A stretch of 64,000 nucleotides of DNA, taken from positions 19,679-83,678 of the forward strand of contig JAFSER010000006.1 in NCBI GenBank assembly GCA_017435645.1, written 5' to 3'. The position numbers and the translations under genes were made by a program. The stretch is from Clostridium sp. (GTDB taxonomy: Bacteria > Bacillota > Clostridia > Clostridiales > Clostridiaceae). The notes under the pieces are model-generated. The model did no database searches, was not told where the DNA came from, and saw nothing but the letters and a program-made list of their open reading frames with translations. Positions 19,161-27,723 of this stretch are shown here, one piece after another (the stretch's first letter is position 1; every line of letters starts with the position of its first letter).

Positions 19161-21761
19161 TTAATTTGTTCCTGAAATTATTGTGTTATCTCCATCTCCT
19201 TGGGGATTTTCTGGATTTTCAGGAATCACCTCTTCTCCTTCATCTTCTGGATTTTCTGGATTTTCTGGATTTTCTGGCATTGGTTTTTCTAGATTTTCTC
19301 CTTCTGATATTGGTCCTTCTGATATTGGCTCTTCAGGTATTGACTCTTCTGGATTTTCTCCTTCTGATATCGGTTCTTCTGGTGTTGACTTTTCTAGATC
19401 TTCTCCTTCTGATATCGGTTCTTCCGGAGTTGGCTCTTCTAGATTTTCCCCTTCTGATATCGGTTCTTCCGGAGTTGGCTCTTCTAGATTTTCCCCTTCT
19501 GATATTGGTTCCTCTGGATTTGGATCACTAGGCTTTCTCCCTTCTTCTACCCCTTCTCCTGATGTTTCTTCCCCTTGATTAACCTCTTCTTCTACTGGTT
19601 TCTCTGGATTTGATGGTATAATACTCTCTCCTGAAGATGAATTATTATCCCCATTATTTGATGGTGAAATAAATTCTTCACCTTGTTGTATATTATTCTC
19701 TATAGGCTCTATATACTGTGGTTCATAATATTGTGGTTCATAATACTGCCATATTGGCTCTATAACTTCTTCTATCTCCTCTATAGGTTCTTCAATTCTC
19801 TCTTCCTTTGCCTTTGATTCTTGATTTTTTAGATATTCTTCATATTTTTTATTAATGTCCTTAACTATTACATTATTTTGTAAAATTCTTTTATCTATAG
19901 TTATAAATTCATCATCCTTTTTTTCTACTATATTTAAATTAGTTAGAATTTTAATATCTATAATATCCTCAAGCTTTATAAGATCATATTTAACATCCTC
20001 TATCTTTATTTCTCCATCCTTAAGACTATAATAAAAATCCTTCATAAGCTCCCTATCAATATTAGGATATTTCTCTTGAATATCTTTTGGTTTATTATTG
20101 AACTGAAGCTCATCTGATTTTAATAAATCTAAAATTAAATTTTTATACATAGACTTATATTTAATATCAGAATTAAACTCAGTATTATCTTTAGTGATTA
20201 CTACATAATCTGAAATATTAAGCTTAAAATTGTCCATAAATACCTTAAAAATATCTTCTATATCAGAAGTTTTCAAAATATTTCTTATTTCATCCACTTT
20301 ACCTTTATATTCTATTTGTAACTTTCCTGGATAAACTGTTCCTAACAAACTATTTTGACCTTTGGAATTTAAAATTAATATACTTTCTATTTTATTATCC
20401 TTGCATACTACAATAGCTTTATTATAAATTTTAATTTTATCTTTTTTTAATTTAAAGCTTCCACTATAATTCTGAAGATATATCTTCCCTGTTGGAAGTA
20501 TTAATCCTATTAAAATACAAGCTATTGATGAAACTATTACTATTCCATTCTTTTTATTATGTTTCTTTATTTCTTTTGTAATATTTTCAGCTTCCAGATT
20601 AACTTTTGACCAAATGTTATATGGTATATATCCTTTATTCTCAACTAAATAATTCAAATAACTTTTAGCTGTAAATAATGAAGCAATTCCTGTTACTACA
20701 AAGTTACTAAAAAAACAAAATGGAACCTTAATAATAAAGAAATTTAAGCCTTGAAATAATGCTATAAACATTGCTGTTTCATATCTTTTTCTTACTAAAG
20801 ATGGCAAAAATCCAAAGGCAATTGTACTTATATCTATATTATAAAAAACATTTTTTATCTTGTTTTTATTGTTAATTAAAAGTACTCTCTTTATTATCCT
20901 TCCTTTTGGAATAAAATCCTTTAAACTCTTATCTACAAGTTTAAAATCTTTTAGCAATGAATGATCTTGATTTTTTAAGGTTTCTCTTTTATATTCTGCT
21001 CTTTCTTCTTCGGTCATTTTATTTATCTTATTTATATAATCCTGATACTTTGGTGCAACCTCAGCTATATCCCCAAACTCCTTAAGAACTCCATATTCAA
21101 GCCACATAGCCTTATTACAAAAAGTCTTAACCTGCGCTAAAGAATGACTAACAAAAAAAATAGTCTTACCTTTTTCTTTAAATTCATTCATTTTATCTAA
21201 ACATTTTTGTGTAAATGTTGGATCACCTACTGACAAAGCTTCATCTATCACTAATATATCTGGATTAGTGTAAACAGAAATAGCAAAACCTAACCTTGAT
21301 CTCATCCCACTAGAATATGTTCTAATAGGTTGATTTATAAATTCTCCTACATCTGCAAAATCTATAATATCTTGCTTTATTTCCTCTATCTCATTTTTCT
21401 TATATCCCATCATTAAGGCTTTAACTTCTATATTTTCTATACCTGTTAGAAAATTATTCATTCCAAGGCCTATGGCAATAAGGGAAGCCTCCCCATTAAT
21501 AGTTATCTTTCCTTTAGTAGGCATAGATACACCACCTAAAATATTAGATAGTGTTGATTTTCCTGAGCCATTAAGTCCAAGAAGGCCTACAACTTCTCCT
21601 TTTTTGACCTTAAAGGAAATATTTTTCAGTGCATAAAAGGTTTTCCCTGCACCTTTAGGTAAAATTAAATCTAATAGCTTTTGCTTAGGATTATCATACA
21701 TTTTATATCCTTTACTTATATTTTCAGCTATTACTGAATACTCCTTTTCCTCCATTGTCAT
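19161..21761 (-). CDS. tagH: Teichoic-acid export ABC ATPase (TagH-like) with a roughly 600-aa C-terminal extension (membrane module, LCP-like domain, acidic Pro/Glu repeats)
   Basis: Walker A GLNGSGKST, signature YSSGMRSRLGF, Walker B ILVIDEALSVGD, H-loop VSHS. Adjacent to tagG. The extension is described in the findings. Confidence 0.88.
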   Translation of the reverse strand: MTMEEKEYSVIAENISKGYKMYDNPKQKLLDLILPKGAGKTFYALKNISFKVKKGEVVGLLGLNGSGKSTLSNILGGVSMPTKGKITINGEASLIAIGLGMNNFLTGIENIEVKALMMGYKKNEIEEIKQDIIDFADVGEFINQPIRTYSSGMRSRLGFAISVYTNPDILVIDEALSVGDPTFTQKCLDKMNEFKEKGKTIFFVSHSLAQVKTFCNKAMWLEYGVLKEFGDIAEVAPKYQDYINKINKMTEEERAEYKRETLKNQDHSLLKDFKLVDKSLKDFIPKGRIIKRVLLINNKNKIKNVFYNIDISTIAFGFLPSLVRKRYETAMFIALFQGLNFFIIKVPFCFFSNFVVTGIASLFTAKSYLNYLVENKGYIPYNIWSKVNLEAENITKEIKKHNKKNGIVIVSSIACILIGLILPTGKIYLQNYSGSFKLKKDKIKIYNKAIVVCKDNKIESILILNSKGQNSLLGTVYPGKLQIEYKGKVDEIRNILKTSDIEDIFKVFMDNFKLNISDYVVITKDNTEFNSDIKYKSMYKNLILDLLKSDELQFNNKPKDIQEKYPNIDRELMKDFYYSLKDGEIKIEDVKYDLIKLEDIIDIKILTNLNIVEKKDDEFITIDKRILQNNVIVKDINKKYEEYLKNQESKAKEERIEEPIEEIEEVIEPIWQYYEPQYYEPQYIEPIENNIQQGEEFISPSNNGDNNSSSGESIIPSNPEKPVEEEVNQGEETSGEGVEEGRKPSDPNPEEPISEGENLEEPTPEEPISEGENLEEPTPEEPISEGEDLEKSTPEEPISEGENPEESIPEEPISEGPISEGENLEKPMPENPENPENPEDEGEEVIPENPENPQGDGDNTIISGTN
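19205..19517 (-). repeat. Coding tandem repeats in the tagH tail: about five 45-bp units (PEEPISEGENLEEPT) plus 9-bp PEN units
   Basis: Near-identical units TCTAGATTTTCCCCTTCTGATATCGGTTCTTCCGGAGTTGGCTCT on the plus strand, and a TTCTGGATT array at about 19205-19275. Confidence 0.92.
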
Positions 21762-21773
21762 ATCTCCTATCTG

Positions 21774-22577
21774 TTATACTAAATCTGAGAATCTATCTCT
21801 AAATTTCATATGAATTATAGCTCCTATTAAAATCATAACTATAGTTACTATCCAATAATATATTGTTGATTTAATATCTTCATAGAACCACTTATTATAT
21901 AAAAAAGTATTTCTAAATCCTTCAATAATATATATAAATGGATTTAACCTTATTATAAATAATACAGTTTGATTTAAATTAATAGTTGTCCATAAAATTG
22001 GAGTTAAATAAAACATAAATCTTACAATAGTTCCTATAATTCTATTTATATCTCTCATAGCCATAACTAAGGCTGAAAGTATAAGCGCCAAACCAATTAA
22101 TAGTAATGTTGCTGCTAAAATATAGTATGGTATTTGTAGATAATAAATAGTTGCTTTATATCCATTAGTTACATAAATAATAATCATTATGAAAATTAAT
22201 GGTATAGTGCTTAATAGTTGTGTAATTATTGTATATGTTGGAATAATACTTGTTGGAAATCTCATCTTTGTTATAATAGAAGTTTTTCCATATATAGATG
22301 AAGCTCCTGAAGTAATTCCTTTACTAATATAAAACCACGGTATCAAGCCTGCTAGCATCCATAACAAGAAAGGATGTCCATCTACAGGCCTTCCATTTCT
22401 TAAGCCTATTCCAAATACAAACCAATATACTCCTATTTGAGATAATGGGTTTAATATTATCCATAAAGCACCTAAATATGTGTCTCTTAATGGCGTTATA
22501 AAATCATACCAAGATAGCTTATTAATCTTATAAATATTATCTAAATGTTCTTTTAAAATAAATATTAAACTTTTCAT
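21774..22577 (-). CDS. tagG: Teichoic-acid export ABC permease (TagG-like)
   Basis: Motifs YLGALWIILNPL, VYWFVFGIGLR, GLIPWFY, KMRFP, FYLTPILW, LNPFIYIIEGFR. Likely ATG at 22577 (track GTG 22586). Confidence 0.9.
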   Translation of the reverse strand: MKSLIFILKEHLDNIYKINKLSWYDFITPLRDTYLGALWIILNPLSQIGVYWFVFGIGLRNGRPVDGHPFLLWMLAGLIPWFYISKGITSGASSIYGKTSIITKMRFPTSIIPTYTIITQLLSTIPLIFIMIIIYVTNGYKATIYYLQIPYYILAATLLLIGLALILSALVMAMRDINRIIGTIVRFMFYLTPILWTTINLNQTVLFIIRLNPFIYIIEGFRNTFLYNKWFYEDIKSTIYYWIVTIVMILIGAIIHMKFRDRFSDLV

Positions 22578-22578
22578 A

Positions 22579-23907
22579 CTATACACCTATATTAATATCG
22601 TTATCTACAAATATTTCCTTTGGTTCTAATAAATCATCATATATTTTTACAAACTTTACTTTTTCATTATTCCAATTATATTTTTCCCTAGCTGGAACAC
22701 AGTTATCCTTAAACATCTGATGAAGTTCTTTATTTTCAATCATTTCATTAACAGCTGCTGCAATCTCCTTTGGATTATGTGAATCTACAACTATTCCAAT
22801 TTGCTCTTCTTGTACTACCCTTTTAATTTCTGGAAAATTACATGCAACTATTGGCACCTTACTCATCATATATTCATAAAGCTTATTAGAACATGCTGAG
22901 TAATGATTAAAACAAACATTATTTAATACTTGAAATCCTAAATAAGCATTAGCCGTATAATACTTTAATTCATCTACTGGTACCTTATTTAAAAATCTTA
23001 CTTTATCATTTAAATTTCTATCATTAACCATCTTAATTATTTCTGGCTTTAGTTTTCCATCTCCTATAAATACAGTAATTCCATCCTTAAAGTCAGAAAT
23101 AGCTTCAACTATCTTGTCTAATCCTCTACCTATTTGTATTCCACCTTGATATAATAAAATTGGCTTATCCCTTTGTATATCTAACATAGAATACATATCA
23201 TATTTATTTTCAATAGAATCATCCTTAGTATTAAAAGGATAATTGTGTATTATATATGGTAATTTTATTTTATATAAATTTCTTACATATTCTGCTCTTG
23301 TTTTATTAGTCATTATCATAATATCTATAAATTTTATTAAGAACTTTTCTATATAATATGCACTTCTCCCATATCCTGTTCTAGAACTTTGAATTTCATG
23401 AGAATCATATATTAATAACCTTCTTTTTAATATTTTGCTACATACTAATCCTTGTGGAAGTGTGTTTAAATCATTGCTATGGTAGGCATCAGCATTAAAT
23501 TTTAATCCTTCTATTATCATCATTAAAAATATATGACTCTTAACTAAAAAGCCTCTAACCTTTTTAAGACTCATAATAAACATAAATAATAGTAATATCC
23601 CTGCAACTATTGGATTAAAATAAAATAACAATCCTATTATTAAAGCAATTGGTATAAATAAATATTTTCTTACCTTAATTATTCTTATTATCTTATTAAT
23701 TAATAAAATATACTTAGGATATCTACTAACTCTTACAATATTAAAACCATCTCTATTATCTATCTTCTTTAAATTCTTATCATTGGAATCATGGATAGCA
23801 ATAAGCTTAACATCATACCCCTTTTCAGCTAAGGCTGAACATTCTCTAAGAACCCTAGCATCATTCGTGAAATGATTCCATACGAACATTCCTATCTTCT
23901 TTGACAT
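22579..23907 (-). CDS. Glycosyltransferase family 4 with an internal hydrophobic segment
   Basis: Motifs DARVLRE, HSNDLNTL, IYDSHE, YQGGIQIGRGL, SNKLYEYM. Likely ATG at 23907 after AGGAGA (track start 23928). Confidence 0.88.
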   Translation of the reverse strand: MSKKIGMFVWNHFTNDARVLRECSALAEKGYDVKLIAIHDSNDKNLKKIDNRDGFNIVRVSRYPKYILLINKIIRIIKVRKYLFIPIALIIGLLFYFNPIVAGILLLFMFIMSLKKVRGFLVKSHIFLMMIIEGLKFNADAYHSNDLNTLPQGLVCSKILKRRLLIYDSHEIQSSRTGYGRSAYYIEKFLIKFIDIMIMTNKTRAEYVRNLYKIKLPYIIHNYPFNTKDDSIENKYDMYSMLDIQRDKPILLYQGGIQIGRGLDKIVEAISDFKDGITVFIGDGKLKPEIIKMVNDRNLNDKVRFLNKVPVDELKYYTANAYLGFQVLNNVCFNHYSACSNKLYEYMMSKVPIVACNFPEIKRVVQEEQIGIVVDSHNPKEIAAAVNEMIENKELHQMFKDNCVPAREKYNWNNEKVKFVKIYDDLLEPKEIFVDNDINIGV

Positions 23908-25153
23908 AATCACTTCTCCTAATAACACTCTCTATTAAATCTGTATATTTTTCAAAATTATCCTCAGTACAAAAATTATCAATACAGTATTTGGTACAAT
24001 TCTCTGTATATACTTCCTGTAATTTTTTATCTTTATATATTTTATTTATAGCTTTTGCCATAGATTTATAATCATCTGGTTCAACAACTATACCTGTATT
24101 GCTTTCCTTTATAACCTGAGCTGCATACCCTTCAACTCCTGCAACTATAGGGATTCCAACTCCCATATAATCTATTATTTTGCCTGGTATAACTAAATCA
24201 AAGGCACTATCCTTTCTAAGATGTGCTAAAGCAATATGAGACTTTGCAACCTCCTCAACAATCTTATTTTTAGGCATAGGATCATAAACCTTAATATTTT
24301 TTAATTCATATTCCTCTATTAATTTTAAGATTTTCTCCCTTTCTACCCCTGTGCCAATAATCTTAAACTCTAAGTCGTTAACATGTTTTAAAAATCTAGC
24401 TGCCTTAACTATGGATTTTATATTTTGAGGTAGTCCAATTATTCCTGTATAAATAACTGTAAATTTTTTATTTTTATTTATATTATTTTTTATTTCGCTG
24501 TATTTCTTTATTTCATATCTTTGAAGCCCATTTGGAATAAAAACTATTTCTTTATTATAATTTTTGTTAATTAAATATTCCCTAAATCCATAGCTATTAA
24601 TAATAATAGAGTTGCTAAATTTTAGTATTGTTTTTTCCATTATATATGCAATTTTTAACATAAACTTGCTTTTTCTGAATAATCCTATATTCTTTAAACA
24701 TTCAGGCCATAAATCCCGTATATCTAAAATAAATTTACATCTAAATCTAAACTTAGCTATTATTCCAACAATAGCACAAAATGGTGATGGAATAGTTGCA
24801 ATAACCATATCATATCTACTTTTTCTAAAAATAACTGAATATACACTCTTAATCAAAAAAAATATATACATATATAATCTAGTAAAGAAATTAGCACTTC
24901 TTTTTATACTACTTCCCTTAACTCTAGTTATTCTAGAATTTTCATATAACTCTTTTTCTTTTTCCAAATCCCTATAGTCATCATTAATATATATTTCTTT
25001 GTTAGGATAAGAGGGCTCTGATGTAACTACATCAATTAAATATCCTTGCTTTTTTAGAATCATTACTAGCTTAGTTATTCTATTCGCACCACTACCTATT
25101 TCTGGATAAAAAACTTCAGATATTATTAAAATCTTTTTTTTATTAATATCCAT
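23861..25153 (-). CDS. Glycosyltransferase family 4 (WbuB-like); first gene of the operon
   Basis: Motifs FYPEIGSGANR, PSYP, DIRDLWPE, YTGIIGLPQ, IPGKIIDYM. Confidence 0.9.
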   Translation of the reverse strand: MDINKKKILIISEVFYPEIGSGANRITKLVMILKKQGYLIDVVTSEPSYPNKEIYINDDYRDLEKEKELYENSRITRVKGSSIKRSANFFTRLYMYIFFLIKSVYSVIFRKSRYDMVIATIPSPFCAIVGIIAKFRFRCKFILDIRDLWPECLKNIGLFRKSKFMLKIAYIMEKTILKFSNSIIINSYGFREYLINKNYNKEIVFIPNGLQRYEIKKYSEIKNNINKNKKFTVIYTGIIGLPQNIKSIVKAARFLKHVNDLEFKIIGTGVEREKILKLIEEYELKNIKVYDPMPKNKIVEEVAKSHIALAHLRKDSAFDLVIPGKIIDYMGVGIPIVAGVEGYAAQVIKESNTGIVVEPDDYKSMAKAINKIYKDKKLQEVYTENCTKYCIDNFCTEDNFEKYTDLIESVIRRSDYVKEDRNVRMESFHE

Positions 25154-25522
25154 CCTCTAAATTTATCTCCTAAATACTATATTTTATAAATATTTTATTA
25201 AAACTATTTTTTAAAAGTGACTATATAAATAGTTTTAATGAAATTTTTATTCATAACTAAATGTTAAATTTTGTTAATTAACATTGTTATTATATCACTA
25301 TTTAAATTCTATTTCTATAAACTTTTGTAATTTTATTGATTAATTTCCATTTTATTATAATTTTATTTATATTTTTTTATTTTAATTGTAATTTTAATCT
25401 TATGATAAGTGATATATATAAATCTCTATAAAAATCATAATATTTTATATATAAAATTATTAAATTAATATAGTATGCCTTAAACTTAAAAACAATTTTT
25501 AGAAATAAATTTTATTAAACAT

Positions 25523-25561
25523 AAAAAAGATGACTTCTTTAAAATTTAGAACTCATCTTTT
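25523..25561 (-). terminator. Hairpin overlapping the end of the RHS fragment
   Basis: AAAAAAGATGACTTCT...AGAACTCATCTTTT, with a T-run on the minus strand. Confidence 0.45.
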
Positions 25562-25842
25562 AAATTAAATATTATATTTTTATTATTTCCTATTATTCCT
25601 TTAATCCTTTTTCCACCTTCCCATGAATATGTGTATCTATCATAAATTAATGGATTTTCTATTTCATCGTAAGTTATTTCTTTTCCGTCATAGGATGTTA
25701 ACTTATCTTTCCAATTCGGATCATTATAAGAGTAATTAATTGTTTTAGTTGCAGTTCCTAATATTCCTGTAGTGTAAGCATATTCATTTTTAGATAATAT
25801 GTTACCTCCAGCATTATACTCATAAGTTATTGTTTTATTTAA
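25546..25842 (-). pseudogene. Start-less fragment of an RHS/YD-repeat (WapA/Rhs core) gene
   Basis: Not in the ORF track. The open frame reads LNKTITYEYNAGGNILSKNEYAYTTGILGTATKTINYSYNDPNWKDKLTSYDGKEITYDEIENPLIYDRYTYSWEGGKRIKGIIGNNKNIIFNLKDEF*, which resembles Firmicute RHS core repeats. Confidence 0.8.
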
Positions 25843-26090
25843 ATTTCTCTCATAGATTTAGTTTTACCCAAAGATTTATAATATGTGCTTCTGGCTACTC
25901 CTAGGCTTGTATACATAGTCTTAATATCATAATTACTTTTATTACTATCTATAAATTCTATTACTTTATCTAATTTTTTGTTGCAAATATAGCCATAGTT
26001 TTTTTTAATTTTGCACTACCATATTCACTAATTGACTCTGCTAAGCTCATTCCTAGATTATAGTTTACTATTATATTTCTAATATTATTA
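25839..26090 (-). mobile_element. Degraded IS3-family insertion sequence remnant (orfA end and orfB start)
   Basis: One frame reads IIVNYNLGMSLAESISEYGSAKLKKTMAIFATKN* (OrfA-like, internally deleted). The shifted frame reads DKVIEFIDSNKSNYDIKTMYTSLGVARSTYYKS (OrfB N-terminus, cf. MCxxLxVSRSTYY). An A-run lies at the junction. No DDE domain remains. Confidence 0.75.
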
Positions 26091-26437
26091 TTATTTTTTT
26101 GTATTATTTTAATATAATTAATTCTTCTAATTTTTAAGTTAATATTTCATTATTATCTCCATCTAATATTTAAATTTAATTTTTCTATAGTACTTCTTAA
26201 AATAAATCTGTTATATATAAAATTTTATATATGATGTTTGTATAATATATTTCATTTAAAAAACTTAATTATAAAATTCTTCAATATTTATTTAATAAAC
26301 GGCTTATTCTTATTTAGCTTATAAGGAAAAAAGTTGAATTTAAATTGTAATTGATAGAAAATATATAATACTTTTTATTTTATAATTTTTAGATTATACT
26401 ATTTATAGTTATAATTGTCTTTTTAGGAGGTATAAAA

Positions 26438-27283
26438 TTGGAAAATAAAATTAAATTAATATGTATCGATATGGATGGTACATTACTTAATAATAACCAT
26501 GAAATTTCTAAAGAAAATAAAGAGGCATTAAAAAAAGCTAGAGATTTAGGTGTAAATATTGCTATTACAACTGGTAGATTATTTAATTCAGCTAGATACT
26601 ATTCGGATTTAATAGGAATTAATACAGCTGTTATTGCTTCAAATGGAGCTTATATAAATACTAATTATAATAAAAAACCACTTTTAGAAGTTCCCTTATC
26701 TAAAGATATGATTATAAAAATATATAAAATAGTTAGCAAATATGGTCTTTTCCCAAATTTCAATAGCCATAATACTGTTCTTAGAGAAAATCCTATTGAA
26801 GATACTCATGCTTATTATATTATGAATAAAGGTTTATCTGGAGATAAAAAAATTAAATTTATAGTTGATGCAGATACATTTGAAAAAACTTTATTAGAAT
26901 TTAAAGATAATATTTATAAATGCATAGTAATCGAGGATGGTGAAAATAAGGATAATCTTTGGGCTGCTAAAAAAGAATTAAAAGAAATATTTGGTAATAA
27001 ACTTCATATTGTTAGCTCTGGCAATAATAATTTTGAAGTAATGCTTGGTACTGTATCTAAGGGGAATGCTGTTGAATTCTTAGCAAAAGAATTAAGTATT
27101 AGTCCAAGTGAAGTTATGTGTATTGGCGATTCTGAAAATGACTTATCTATGATAGAATTTGCTGGAGTTGGAGTTGCTATGGCAAATGCTCTTGATTCAG
27201 TAAAAGCTACTGCTGACTATATTACTGATACAAATAATAATTCAGGAGTTGCCAAAGCTATAGAACATTTTGTTTTAACATAA
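26438..27283 (+). CDS. Cof-type HAD-IIB hydrolase
   Basis: Motifs DMDGTLL, TTGR, SNGA, SKG, GDSENDLSM, GVAMAN. TTG start after AGGAGG. Confidence 0.95.
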   Translation: MENKIKLICIDMDGTLLNNNHEISKENKEALKKARDLGVNIAITTGRLFNSARYYSDLIGINTAVIASNGAYINTNYNKKPLLEVPLSKDMIIKIYKIVSKYGLFPNFNSHNTVLRENPIEDTHAYYIMNKGLSGDKKIKFIVDADTFEKTLLEFKDNIYKCIVIEDGENKDNLWAAKKELKEIFGNKLHIVSSGNNNFEVMLGTVSKGNAVEFLAKELSISPSEVMCIGDSENDLSMIEFAGVGVAMANALDSVKATADYITDTNNNSGVAKAIEHFVLT

Positions 27284-27346
27284 TGAAAAGAACTATTCTT
27301 TATTTAATTTATCAATATTGAATAGCATAATAAATAAGTAATACCC

Positions 27347-27440
27347 TTATTCAATGTAATACTATATAATTAATATTTTATTCAATGTAATAATATATGA
27401 TTAATTAGCATTTTATTTAATGTAATTATACATAATAAAT
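27347..27440. repeat. Three imperfect direct repeats with core TTATTYAATGTAAT
   Basis: Copies start at 27347, 27378 and 27413 (periods 31 and 35 bp). Confidence 0.55.
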
Positions 27441-27672
27441 TTACAATATTATGTTATTTTATTGATTGATATTTTTACTTAATATAATAAATTTATATTT
27501 AAATTTATTTTTCTATTTAATTTTAAATAATTTTCTAACTAATTTATTAAAATATCATTCTTTAAAATTTGATTTAAATATTATTATAGAAATCTGATAT
27601 AAATATTTTTTATAATTTATTTAATATTATTTTATATAATTAATACTATCTTGATATTAAATATAATTAATA

Positions 27673-27710
27673 ATAAATAAAAACTCCCAAAATCGGGAGT
27701 TTTTATTTAT
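27673..27710. terminator. Bidirectional terminator
   Basis: ATAAATAAAAACTCCC-loop-GGGAGTTTTTATTTAT immediately after the stop codon at 27724. Confidence 0.85.
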
Positions 27711-27723
27711 ATAATTCTTCAAA

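Noticed and set aside
19288-19517. 45-bp repeats as a CRISPR array
   Set aside because: No unique spacers, in-frame coding repeats, and no cas genes.
19166-19578. Two repetitive plus-strand ORFs (Leu-rich and Ser/Gly-rich)
   Set aside because: Antisense readings of the tagH tandem repeats.
27347-27440. Short repeats as a mini-CRISPR
   Set aside because: Repeats and spacers are too short, the spacers resemble each other, and there are no cas genes.
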